DNA from: Callorhinchus milii
Lineage: Eukaryota
Direction: 5' to 3'
Length of the DNA stretch: 64,000 nucleotides
NCBI RefSeq assembly: GCF_018977255.1
Contig: NW_024704756.1
Location: forward strand, 8,184,001 to 8,248,000
The stretch's first letter is position 1. Each line of letters begins with the position of its first letter. This document shows positions 48,391 through 60,500 of the stretch, piece by piece. The position numbers and the translations under genes were made by a program. Under the pieces are notes generated by a model, which did no database searches, had not been told where the DNA came from, and worked only from the letters and a program-made list of their open reading frames with translations.

Positions 48391-48671
48391 ATCATTAGGG
48401 TTGGAAAACATTTTGTTCAGAAAGAATGACATGGTTTGTATTGTACATATCCAGTACCCCAGAAAGCATATTCAGGGAATTGCACCTATAGTTATTGCCC
48501 CCTTTCACCCTTCCCCCACTCAAAAAAAAACCTTGGGGTGGAGAGGGGGGAAATGAAAGGCGGTGAAACAAATGTGTTGTTATTATTACTGTTAATAACA
48601 ATAAGTGATTGTGAATAAATAAAGCAGCCCTCCTGCATGAATGAACGAATGAATGGGGGGCTGCCTTGGCC

Positions 48672-49390
48672 TGTCTGACTCTGTGTGTGTGTGACTGTCT
48701 ATGTGTATGTGACTGTCTGTGTGTAAGTGTGACGTGACTGTGTGTGTGTGTGACTGTGTGTGTGAGACTGTGTGATTGTATGTGACTGTGTGTGCAACTG
48801 TGTGATTGTGTTCGACTATGTGTGATTGTGTGCGACTGTGTGTGTGAGACTGTGTCTGTGTGACTGTCTGTCTGTGTGACTGTGCGTGACTGTCTGTCTG
48901 TGCATGTGCGACTGCCTGGGCGTGTGCGACTGCCTGTCTGTGTGTGACTGTCTGTCTGTGAGACTCTGTCTGTGCGTGTGCGTGACTGTCTGTGCGTGTG
49001 ACTGTCTGTCTGTGCCTGTATCTGTGCGTGTGACTGTGTCTGTGCATGTGACTGTCTGTGCGTGTGTCTGTCTGTGTGTGTGTGACTGTCTGTGTGTGTG
49101 TGACTGTCTGTGTGTGTGTGACTGTCTGTCTGTGTGACTGTCTGTGTGTGTGACTGTCTTGTGTGTGTGACTGTCTGTGTGTGTGTGACTGTGTGACTGT
49201 CTGTGTGTGACTGTCTGTGTGTGTGACTGTCTGTGTGTGTGTGTGACTGTCTGTGTGTGTTTGTTTATGTGTGTGTGTGTTTGACTGTGTCTGTGTGACT
49301 GTCTGTGTGTGTGTCTGTCTATGTCTGTGTGTGTGTGAGTCTGTCTATGTGTGTGTGTGTGAGACTGTCTGTGTGTGTGACTGTGTCTGG
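48672..49390. repeat. (TG)n/GTGACTGTCT compound simple-repeat array in ZNF711 intron 1
   Basis: Directly visible. Confidence 0.95.
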
Positions 49391-49669
49391 TCTGTACAGG
49401 GAGGCAGTGGAGGCTTCCCCGCCATCAGCAGCAGTTCATGGCCGACATGTTGTGTGGCCGCCATTACCCCCACCGGCTCCTTGTTCCAACCGTGACTGGA
49501 GGCCCCGCCATGTCCAGGGGCCCATCTCTCCCCCTCTCTCTTATACACACTCTTTCCCTCTCAAATAAACATTGTAAATCCCTGTTCTCTCCCCCCCCCA
49601 AAAAAAAGCAAAACAAATGTTTTTTTATATACAGAAAAAGTCTGGATTTTCATATAGTAAAAAAGAAGA

Positions 49670-49948
49670 CATTTTCCCTCCTCTTTTCCCTTCCCCCTCT
49701 CCCCCTCCTCCCGGCCCATCCTTTTCTCTCTCATTCTCTCTCTCTTTCTACAGATATTTATATATAAACACACACACCCCGGGGCTTGGAGGTAACTAGG
49801 CCTCTCTCTCTCTTTCCCTCTCTCCTTCCTTCCCCCCCTCTCTCTCTCTCTCTCTCTCTCCCCACCCTTCCCTCTCTCTCTCCTTCTCTTTCCTTTTCTC
49901 TCCTTCCTTCCTTCCTTCCTTCCCCCTCTCTCTGTGTGTGTGTGTGTG
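49670..49948. repeat. Polypyrimidine (CT/CCTT) tracts with short CA and TG runs
   Basis: Directly visible. Confidence 0.9.
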
Positions 49949-49949
49949 G

Positions 49950-50560
49950 CGGGTTACAGAGCTGGAGCCCAGGCCGCGGCCTAGGTGCGGCCCTGAGCCC
50001 GGCCTAAGGCCGACCCCGCGCTTCGCGCGCCGCGCCCTCCCCTCCCCCCCACTCGGCCTCTGTGGGCGGCGGACACTTGCCTGGGTCTTGGCGCCTTTAT
50101 TCCTCCTTTCTCTCTGTCTCTTTCTCTCCTTCCCTTCCTCCTCGAACGCTGTGTGGGTGGAGGTGGTGATGGAGGGAGGGAGGGAGGAGAGAGGGAGGGA
50201 GGGAGGGATGGATGGAGGAGAGGAGTGGGGGGGGGGGAGGGAGGGCTTTTTCTTCCTCTTCTTCTTCTTCCTCCTCTTCCTCCTCCTCCTCCCCGCTCTC
50301 CGCTTCCCGCCCCGCGGCTCCTCCGGGCCTCGATGTGGCGGCGGCTGCGCGCCCCGTCCCCTCTCCTCTCCTCTCCCCGCCCCGGCTTCTCGGGCTTACG
50401 TCAGAGCCGGAGCCGGAGCAGCGCAGCGGCGGCGGCGGCGGCAGCAACACGGCGGCGGCAGCCCGAGCCGCGGGCTCCAGCGCTGTGTGGAGAGCGGCGG
50501 AGGCAGCAGCATGAGCACAGGGGCCGAGCACACAGCCTGCAGCAGCCCCTCATCAGGGAG
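49950..50560 (-). promoter_or_regulatory. CpG island: ZNF711 promoter and non-coding first exon (candidate donor GAC|GTAAGC at 50400/50399)
   Basis: The only CpG-dense block in the window, with a (CGG)n run, flanked by purine/pyrimidine tracts, 5-6 kb upstream of the ZNF711 ATG. Confidence 0.8.
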
Positions 50561-50841
50561 GGAGGGAGGGGGGGAGGGAGAGAGAGAGGGGAGGAAGGAA
50601 GGAAGGAAGTGGGGAGTACAGAGAGAGAGAGAGAGAGAAAAAAGGAGGGACAAAAAGAGGTGTTAGTTGGGGGCGAGGGGGTAAAAAATAACCCCCTCCA
50701 CCTCCCCAGCAGGTTGTGTACCATCCAAGCTCTTCAGTACCAGGGAGTCAGGCCTCTAAAGCTTCTTGTCAAAGAGCCTCAACTCACTCATTCACTCACT
50801 GACTCATTCACTCATTGACTCACTCACTGACTAACTCACTC

Positions 50842-51045
50842 NNNNNNNNNNNNNNNNNNNNNNNNNNNNNNNNNNNNNNNNNNNNNNNNNNNNNNNNNNN
50901 NNNNNNNNNNNNNNNNNNNNNNNNNNNNNNNNNNNNNNNNNNNNNNNNNNNNNNNNNNNNNNNNNNNNNNNNNNNNNNNNNNNNNNNNNNNNNNNNNNNN
51001 NNNNNNNNNNNNNNNNNNNNNNNNNNNNNNNNNNNNNNNNNNNNN
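50842..51045. other. Assembly gap (204 N) preceded by an (ACTC)n microsatellite at 50782-50841
   Basis: N run. Confidence 0.99.
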
Positions 51046-54000
51046 GAGCTTCAGCAAAAAGACAAGAACCTTTCATTCAGAACTGCTGTGGAAGCTTCTG
51101 GCTGAAGCCCTTACCAAGCCAACCATTTCCAACCATTCAAGCCAACAGCCAACACTGAAGGGGTGGCTGGGAGCTGAGGGGTAAAAAAAAATCCTACAGC
51201 TTCTCAACCCACCCACCAAAGGCTAAAGAAAAAAGGAGCCACACTCTATATATTAAAGTCTCTTCAACTTCTCCTGGGAAGGCAAGAGCCGAGGGTTAAA
51301 GAAAGCCCTGCAACTTCCGACGCAGAGCAAAAGGCAAGAGCCTCACTGTAGATTGGGAGTTGTGTGGTGGGCGGTAAAGCCAGTGGGTGAGTGAGGCTCT
51401 TTGACAAGAAGCTTCAGATGCCTCCCTGCCAGTTTCCCTTTTTTTGTGTAGTCAGCCTGGTGTCTAATGGGTGCACAAACCCGTCACCATGTTTTAAGAG
51501 TATCCAAACCAGACTGAGCTTTCCAAGCTTGCCACCTATCCTTGGAAATTTCCGTGTCTGGAGTGGAATGGGCGCTTTCACCTCGCTTTACCTAATTCTG
51601 GAGAGTATTAGGTGCAGATTGCGAGAGCCATGGCTTTGGGTGACCACAAAGTGTGTGTTGGCAACATAATGGCCATTTTGTTTTGTAACTTTGTCTGAAA
51701 TATTGGACACAAGACAACTGCATAGCAGTGCGGTTTTCCTGTAGTAACACCATCCTATTGACCACTCTTAATAGCAAGATTTCATTGTAAATACATCCCA
51801 CCCCTTGGCTCCCACCCCCAACTCGAGTGCCAAGCCAGATTTGTTAAGCAGTTTGGGAAGGCCTCCTGATGTGAAAGGCCCTATGTAAATCTGTATTGTA
51901 TAATAAAGGACAGTTACATCCTGACTACAGTACAATAATGCAATATAATAAGAAGTCCTTCCAGGGTGTAATCCATGAGAGTGAAACTCAAGCTCAGTAT
52001 CACCTGGCCTTCGAGATACTTTTGGTGAGTTATTTTTTATCAGCAATGGATGTCATCGCAGATACCAATGTATGGTCGGTCTGATGGAAATCTGAAAATA
52101 GTGATATTTTCACTGAATGTTATTGAGAAAAACCCTCTCATGAATCCATAATGAAACCATTAAGATGAAACCAAACATTTGAGAAGATCTACATAAGAGC
52201 TGTGACGCTAGACCTTTCTTTTACTCCTGCCATCAGCTACCTGACCACCGTTTTCCCAGTGGGTTCTGTTGTCTTTTTTACATTACAAATGTTTGATGAA
52301 GTTTAACTCATCTTAGTGTCATTTTCATTTTGACTCCATTCTCTATAATAGACATTTTTTTTTGGGGGGGGGGAGGCAGGGGCATTTTTTATTAATTTCA
52401 AGGAAGTTTAACGTGCACATCCTTGACAACTTAATGTAAGGCCTCACATGGAGCATGGATTTCAATGTGGTACTGGATCTCCAAATTGTTCTTTGGCTGA
52501 AGCAGCGATGTATACAGAAGTTCCCAGACTAAAGGGCTATAGTTAACCTGAAGCAGTCTTTGGACAAATATCATTACCTCAGCTAGCCATCTAATGCTAA
52601 TCCAGTGCAACTGGACCAGATAAGTGGTTTTATTAGTGTTCTGTTGCATCTATATAATGTTTCATGAGCGCTGGTATCAACATAGCCATTCATATTTAAG
52701 ATATTAGTTTAAGTACACAATTAACAATCCATATCGTTAAATACCAATACATAACCTTTGTTGAGTGGTATTTAACATTTTTGTAACTGTGTAGGTATTT
52801 GAAAGCTCAAAAACTCTTTAAACTGACCAGAAGGTGGCTATCCGTTCACCTGCATTCCACTGGAGACAAACGATCTTGTTCTCAAAATATTTAGAAAGGA
52901 TGACAACACTTTTTTAAATGTTAAAGGAAATCAATCATCATAAAATAATGGGCAATGATAGCTATCACTGGGGAAGTGCATGTAAGAATCCAATCTTCAA
53001 GTGTGGGGGAGAATATTGAAGGAGACTATAAAAGTATGAAATATAAAATAATTGTAGGCTCCAACTATGGATGAAGTGTATCTAACCTGATCTTTCATTC
53101 ATTTTTCAAACTTTACTAATGTTGAAATGCCAGTGCTTTTGACAGCTTATTACATTCAGACCCCGATTTGTTTACTCAAATTGTAAAGATTCAGGTAATT
53201 ACAAGGACAAAGCCAACGTTTTGTGACATGGACAGTCATGGAATCCATTACTGTGAATCCATAACTGGATTTAGAAGTTAAGATCAGTTGTGATGTCGTT
53301 AACTGATGAAGTAAGACAAAATGTTGTAAACATGTCCATGGATGTATAATTACTGCTTTAAAGCTAATGGAATCTCTCAGTCATTGCTGTTTGGATAAGG
53401 ATTTTTTAATACTCTAGTTCCATTTATATATCTTCGGTAAGGAATGCCTTAATCTTAACACACATCAACCCAATGTGATTTATGAACAATAAGCGACAAC
53501 GGGTCACAATACTGATGGATCAAAGAGTGTTCTCCAAAATGCACTTCACATGTCACTCCTGGACACAACTAACCACAGTCCTGTTTCCAACATTTATTTA
53601 TGTGCTGTATCACGTTGACCCATCCCCACCTTCTACCTGTGAAGTTGATCTATGCAGGAGATAAATGTCGAGTTCTGGCATGTTTAAGCTCCCACTGTGA
53701 GCATCATGGCAGGTGCCAAGCAATAACTGCTGTTATTTACTTAGATTGCCAAATCAGTCTTCCTGATTAGCATTAATTTTCAACTGACATTGGCAGGTAG
53801 GAATGAATATTATTTTAAGCGCTACTGAGTTTTTTTTGTAGCAGTTTCAGTTTCACCAGAAATATCAGTAATTTTATGACAAGTATGTTTTCAAAAAAAT
53901 CAGCATAAAGATCTGTACACCATGAAGTCATATCCCCTTGGTATACTTCAGAAATGTTTTGAAATAATAAATAGTCTTTGTTTCACGTGCTTTTATAGCT

Positions 54001-54824
54001 CTATTTTACAATATTATTAGAGGTTTCACCATATATGTATTTTTAGAGGTCTGTGTAAAAGAAAAGACGTGAAAACTGATAAAAAGGAGTCTGCCAGTCT
54101 TTGGGTTACATTGCTCAACCTTTCCTCAAATATTCAAGGTTTGAGGTAACAAAAACCATGGCATAAGATTTTTTTTAATATGGCACTTGTTACAAACGAT
54201 GTAAATATTCATAGTACGCATTTAATTGCCCTTATTTTGTGTTAAAACTCTATATACCAGTACTAATAGATTTTGATTTACACTCAATTTCTCTTAAGAG
54301 TAGCTTGTCAGGATTCGAAACTGCTTTGAAAGAGAGCATCTTTGGCTTAAAAGTCACATTACGCAATATCTATGTTGCCTGTTAATTCGGAGGGCCAATT
54401 TAGCCAAAGCATAACAATTAGATTTTTGTATTGCCCCTTTTCACTGTGTTTCTATTTGAAGCAAATTGTGGGTTTCAGCCCATGTGGTTTCCAAATGATC
54501 ATTTTGATATCTTTTTATATGTAAATCCTGATTCACAGTGAGCCAAGCAAAGACATTACGATTCCAGTTCTTTCATATTAATTTCTTCATTTTATTAAAT
54601 TCGCCATTTTGGGGCAGTGTTACTGTAATACAAGCTTTGTAAGTAACAGCTGTGCTCTCGAACCTATAGCATTTCAATGAATGTCATACACAGCCTGCTG
54701 GTGAGCAGCAAGTGCAATTACTGGACAGTTTCCCACTCACTACTAAATAGAAATTGCGAAAAATCAAGTCTACTGCAACAACGCATTTCTTTTTATTAGG
54801 CAAACAGCTGGAGACTGCATTATT

Positions 54825-55990
54825 GACACTCACAAACACAGATAGAGAGATACACACACACACAGACACATTCACAAACACATAAGAGAGAGACACTCAC
54901 ATACAGACATACTCAAACACACATAGAGACACTCACATACAGACATACAAACACATAGAAAGAGACACTCACACACAGACATACTCAAACAGAGAGAGAG
55001 AAAGACACTCACACAGACATACTCAAAACACGTAGAGAGAGACACTCACAGACACTCACACAGACACATTCACAAACACATAGAGAGAGACACTCACACA
55101 CAGACATACTCAAAACACAAACACAGAGACACACTCAAATAGAGACACTCAAAATCACAGAGACATACGGATTTACTCAAACACAGACATACTCAAACAC
55201 ATAGAGGGACACTCACACAGAGAGAGAGACATTCACACACAGACATACTTACACACAGAGACATACACACACATACAGAGACACACTCACAAACAGACAT
55301 ACAGAGGAGAGACCCACTCGCATAAAGACACAGCAAACACACAGAGAGACACACAGAGAGACACCTACAGAGAAGAGACACACTGACATAGACACACACA
55401 GAGACACCTACAGAGGACACACTGCCACAGAGACACACACATAGAGACACCAACAGAGGAGACACACTGCCATAGAGACACACAGAGAGACACCAACAGA
55501 GGAGACACACTGCCATAGAGACACACAGAGAGGCACCTACAGAGGAGAGCCACACTGCCACAGAGACACACAGAGAGAGACATCTACAGAGGAGAGACAC
55601 ACTGCCATACAGACACACAGAGAGGCACCTACAGAGGAGACACACTGCCATACAGACACACAGAGAGGCACCTACAGAGGAGAGACACACTGCCACAGAG
55701 ACACACAGAGAGGCACCTACAGAGGAGAGACACACTGCCACAGAGACACACAGAGAGAGACATCTACAGAGGAGAGACACACTGCCACAGAGACACACAG
55801 AGAGGCACCTACAGAGGAGAGACACTGCCATACAGACACACAGAGAGGCACCTACAGAGGAGAGACACTGCCATAGAGACACACAGAGAGACACACATTG
55901 AGACACCTACAGAGGAGAGACACACTGCCATACAGACACACAGAGAGACACCTACAGAGGAGAGACACTGCCACAGAGACACACAGACAA
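54825..55990. repeat. CA/GA-rich array grading into a ~45-bp minisatellite (ACACTGCCAYASAGACACACAGAGAGRCACCTACAGAGGAGAG)
   Basis: About 13 ACTGCCA-anchored units between 55420 and 55985. Confidence 0.95.
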
Positions 55991-57467
55991 TCACAACCCC
56001 CGAGTGGAATGAAGCTGATTTGCCACTTGCTCTGCACATGTATGTCCGGAGCCAACCCGCCCGCAGTGACGTTCAGACACTCACTCACTCACTCACAGCT
56101 TATCACAGGCTGCAAAGGCTGCAATATTCACTGGGACCGGTACATCTCGATTAATACGATTCCTAAACAATGATTGTGGAGGCAGACACATGTTTTTTTT
56201 TAAATGCAGTTACGCCATTTATTCGTCTGTTGGTGCAAAGCAAATGCATTGTTGATAATTGATTGAAAACACGAAAAAAAAAACCAGATCAGGTACATTA
56301 CAGACCCTAAGGGGGAGTCGCAATCAATGCACGTAGTAAGCACCAGATTGTCCAGTAATAGACAATTTCAGTCCTTGCAATTTGAGGGTTGAAATGTCGC
56401 AATATCACTGATTGATATGCTGACAATTATAAGGTAGTGGATATCTCTCAGAGGGTAACAAGGCAGCAACTCGTGGATACAGGTATAATCTTAGAATAAA
56501 ACAGGGAAGATTAAGCTGTTCATTTCAGGTATCTAAACTACAAACTCAGATCACTGCTTAAAACTGAGCAGCAAGAATCTAGGTACTGTTTAACCTTTCT
56601 AAGATAATGCATTCCATGACAAGAATTGAATTTATGAGAATTGCTGCATTTTATTTCTATTACTATTTCAACCCATAGCCTGGGATTTGAAAAGATAATG
56701 ACATTATCATGTAGAACTGCAAAGAATATTGGATTCCTGATGTGTTACTACCCAGTTATTTTTGCCCTTGGATTACAGAATTATTTTCCACACCTAATGT
56801 ATGGAATAGTATTTTATGATGTCAACAATCATTATAAACTTGTCTAGTAATAATCAGTTTAACATGTGCCATACGCATTCCAGGAATAACTTCTGGTCTT
56901 GGAATCACTTTTGTTTAGTGTGCAAATATTGACATCAGAATAGAAAAAAAATCTGAAATTTAACAATTATGCCAAATTATATTTAAAGCAATCTTTTTTT
57001 TTTGTTTCTCATCTCTTTTTATCTCCTTTTGTTTGGTAATGCTGGTGGTTTGTGCTGGGATTAAAAATCCTATCTGAAATAGGTCCAAGATACATATTGG
57101 CAACCTCGCCTGGAGATTGTGATACCTGGAGAGCTGTGGGAATTTCAAACTTCTGAGGTGGGGTTGAGGCACATTGTTGGGTATATCTGACCTTGGCACA
57201 TTCAATACTAGCTCAACACTACCACTGCCAAATTGGGATGGATTTCACTTGTCAGCACACCCAGCCTTGACAAGTATAATTATTCACCCCCCTCCTCATT
57301 CCTCCCATCAACAGTTTCCCTCAGCACTGTTTATGATCTTTATTGTCATCTCAATCTGATTGATTATTGATGCATCGATTTTATTTATTAGGAAGCAATT
57401 AGTTGTTCTCCTTGAACTATGTTATTAATGACACCAGATAGATTTTGTTTGTTCGGCATGTTTCCAC

Positions 57468-57560
57468 TCAATAATTAAATCTTCCATAATTGCTGGGGTT
57501 GCGCATCATGAATTGACCCAGGTTCTGATGCGTTTGGGGCAACCCTTGTGCTCTCCTCCC
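57468..57560 (-). CDS. Terminal coding exon (GRRAQGLPQTHQNLGQFMMRNPSNYGRFNY*)
   Basis: cttttgctttacag acceptor; AATAAA signals follow at 57389-57380 and 57344-57339. Confidence 0.72.
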   Translation of the reverse strand, partial: GRRAQGLPQTHQNLGQFMMRNPSNYGRFNY

Positions 57561-60500
57561 CTGTAAAGCAAAAGAACATCAGTATAACTGGATTTTTCAG
57601 ATAAATACCACTTTATTAAAATGCAACACTGTTCCTCACAAACCATATTCTTCACAAACCAATGAAAAATCCCAAAATGACAAAGGAGAATCAAAGACCT
57701 GCCATTCACAGATCATGTAATCAATTCAGAACCAAACCTGCCCTATGGCTCCAGGCTCTACAGTTGTGGCAAAATTGATGCAACACACTTTCTGTAGTAG
57801 CTTTAGTTTCAAGGTAAACCTTTTGCAGCTTTTTTATGTAACAGTTTAAAGATTCCCAAAGTATACTATCTTCAGTAAAGATATTTTGTCTTAGGAAGTA
57901 CATTATTTTCACAAGGCTTTAAAAAGAATATGTTATGAATGATGATACAAGAAATAAAATAATATTCCTTGCAATTGAATAGCACCTTATCTCGTTGAAT
58001 CATCTCAAAGAGCTTCATAAGATTTAGTGTATAGTGTAGTGACTGTGTATTTGTAGGTAAAGGTGGCAGCCAATTTGTACACTACAATGTTTCGTTAATA
58101 GCCATAAAGTTAATTTAATCTGGGAGATTGTTGGCCAGGACACCAGGAGAAATTTACTAATCTTTTTGAATAGTGATGTGGGATCTTTAATATGTTTAAC
58201 ATACACCCAAACAGATAGATGGGAGCTCAGATCTGAAGGATGGCACCTCTGAGTATATCGAATGCAGAAAGTTTTTCCTCAGAGAGCCATGTGCTGCTTA
58301 CCTGAAATGCATTATTGTAGTTTGGAACAGATTGCAAATAATCCACCCTGGGGTTCAAGTCTTGCTGAAATAGTGCTACTTGGGAGTTGGGAGAATTAAG
58401 GTGCAATTCACTTTGTGCATGGTTCAGCGGGTTTGTAAAAGTCGATTCAGGCATATTCGGTTGAGGTTGATAGGTGCTGAATAAAATAAAGTCATTGTTA
58501 ATAAACATCATCAGAGTATCAGTATCAACCAAGCTATTTAGTTAAAAACATACTCGAAAATTAAAATTTATTAAAAATACTATAAATAATACAATTTATA
58601 TTTATATAGCAAATTTCACATCAGAAAGATGTCCTAAATGCACTTGACACTGCTGGTCTGCCGCCTGAGCCAGAGAAGCTCAGACTAACATCATCAGAAG
58701 GTGACTGAGTAGTATATAAGGTGTGAGTTGGAGAGACTCTGGGATGTAAATTGTGAAAGCTGATAGTTACTGCAATACATTTTGTCAAAATGCTTATTTT
58801 CCTGATCAAATACTTTAATACATGTAACACACATGAAAACAGAGCTCCATAGGCCAGGTAATATTTTACAACATTTTGGGATCTGTTAATGTTATGGAAA
58901 ACTTCTCCACTAGAGGGTGATCACCGATTATGTCTGAGATCCGTCCAGTAACATTTCATAGCTGTTAAAAGCAGAACAAGTGCAAAACGTGGTGGGAAAT
59001 TAGAAGGCTTTCACAGCTACAAGTGATGACCGAGGCTCAATCAATGTAGCTATTCCAAAAATAAGCACTTGAGAAGTGCCAACATGAAGGCTATGGGAGA
59101 AGCGCTATAACATGGCATTAATAAAAATGACTACTTAAATAAGCAGAGCTGGCAAGCAGAAACAGCTAAATACGATGGGGCAAATGGCTTCTGTGCTGAG
59201 AATTTCTATCTATTCTTATATTAAAATGCTGAATTTTGAATCAAGTACAGTAGCAAAAAGTGTGAAAAATAGATATTGTATTTAAAGACGTTAGCAACAG
59301 CAAAAGTTATCCTCACAGTAACTTGTTGCACTCTTTTTGGGGGTCAGCCGGGTGTCTGACACCTGTGGAAACCCATCACCATGCTTAAGAGTAGCCAAAC
59401 AAATTGAGAATTCCATGCATCTCACCCACTCTTTGTTGCAGAAGCAACATTTAAATAAGCAACTTTGCACTTAATATACTTGCGAGCAGTTTCCATATTT
59501 GCAATCAGTTATAAAGATGCAGAGGTAAATAATCCTCCTTGCTAATCATGTTTAGTTTGGGAAACATTAAAAAATGAAGCAAACCTGAAGTTAGCCCTAG
59601 GAACCCACGAAGATGATTCAAAAGTGGATTCTTCCGGTGCGGCCACGGAATACACCACCGACTTTTCCCAAAGAGAGGTCGGGTCATGTCAAAAGAAAGT
59701 GAAACAATGCAAAATTGCCAAAATGATTTGTTTTTCCACAGAAGCCCCCTAATACAAATGGTACAATCATTAAGAAAAAGAGAGGGCAGTGAGCTGATAA
59801 CATGGACCAAACAAAACTAGATGAGTCCTGGAATAATAATTTTATCTTGATTTCTGATTAAGAAATTGATAGGACTTGATGTGTGTCCTTTATAAGGCAA
59901 AGTCTGCTAAACATCAACTGCATAATTAATTTTTAAAAATTCTTCTGAGCTGATTATGTTGCAAGTAAAATTCAAAATTTAAATGAATGACCAGTTATTA
60001 GAACTACCCATACAAAGTGATTTCAGATTATGAAGTGATAAATGTGTTCATATGATCTACATATGGTACCAATATGTGAGTAGAGAATGCTCAAGGGAAC
60101 CAATTGTGTCAGGAGAACAAAAAACATGGCCTATGATTCCATAAATTGCCTTAAGTTACACCTAAAAAATATTCAATAATAGCTACTGAAAATCAGGCAT
60201 CATGTAGCAGGTTTTTAAAGCAAATACATTTCTCCAGGGGTTATGCAGAGTGCCACATACCTCAAAACAGATTCCAGTGAAGGGAACAAGCTGGAAGTAT
60301 AGTTTTCCAGGTCGTTATCTTGGCACACAACACTGCAGTAGGGCACACAATTGGCACAGCAATGTTCCAATCCCAGTGGGATGACTTCCAGAGGCAGAGG
60401 AAGTTTACACTCATTCAAGCCAACTCACCCCATGACTGCCTTTTGGATTTTATATAACTCATGAGGAAGAGGCTATACAGTATATAGAAATTTTAGAACA

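Noticed and set aside
49938-50818. Long overlapping ORFs in several frames
   Set aside because: Stop-codon depletion in a CpG island with low-complexity tracts; no recognisable domain
55420-55985. CRISPR-like regular array
   Set aside because: Tandem units with no unique spacers, in a eukaryotic context
55193-56088. Cys/Val/Ser-rich repeat ORFs (also 48592-49568)
   Set aside because: Artefacts of CA/TG simple repeats and the minisatellite
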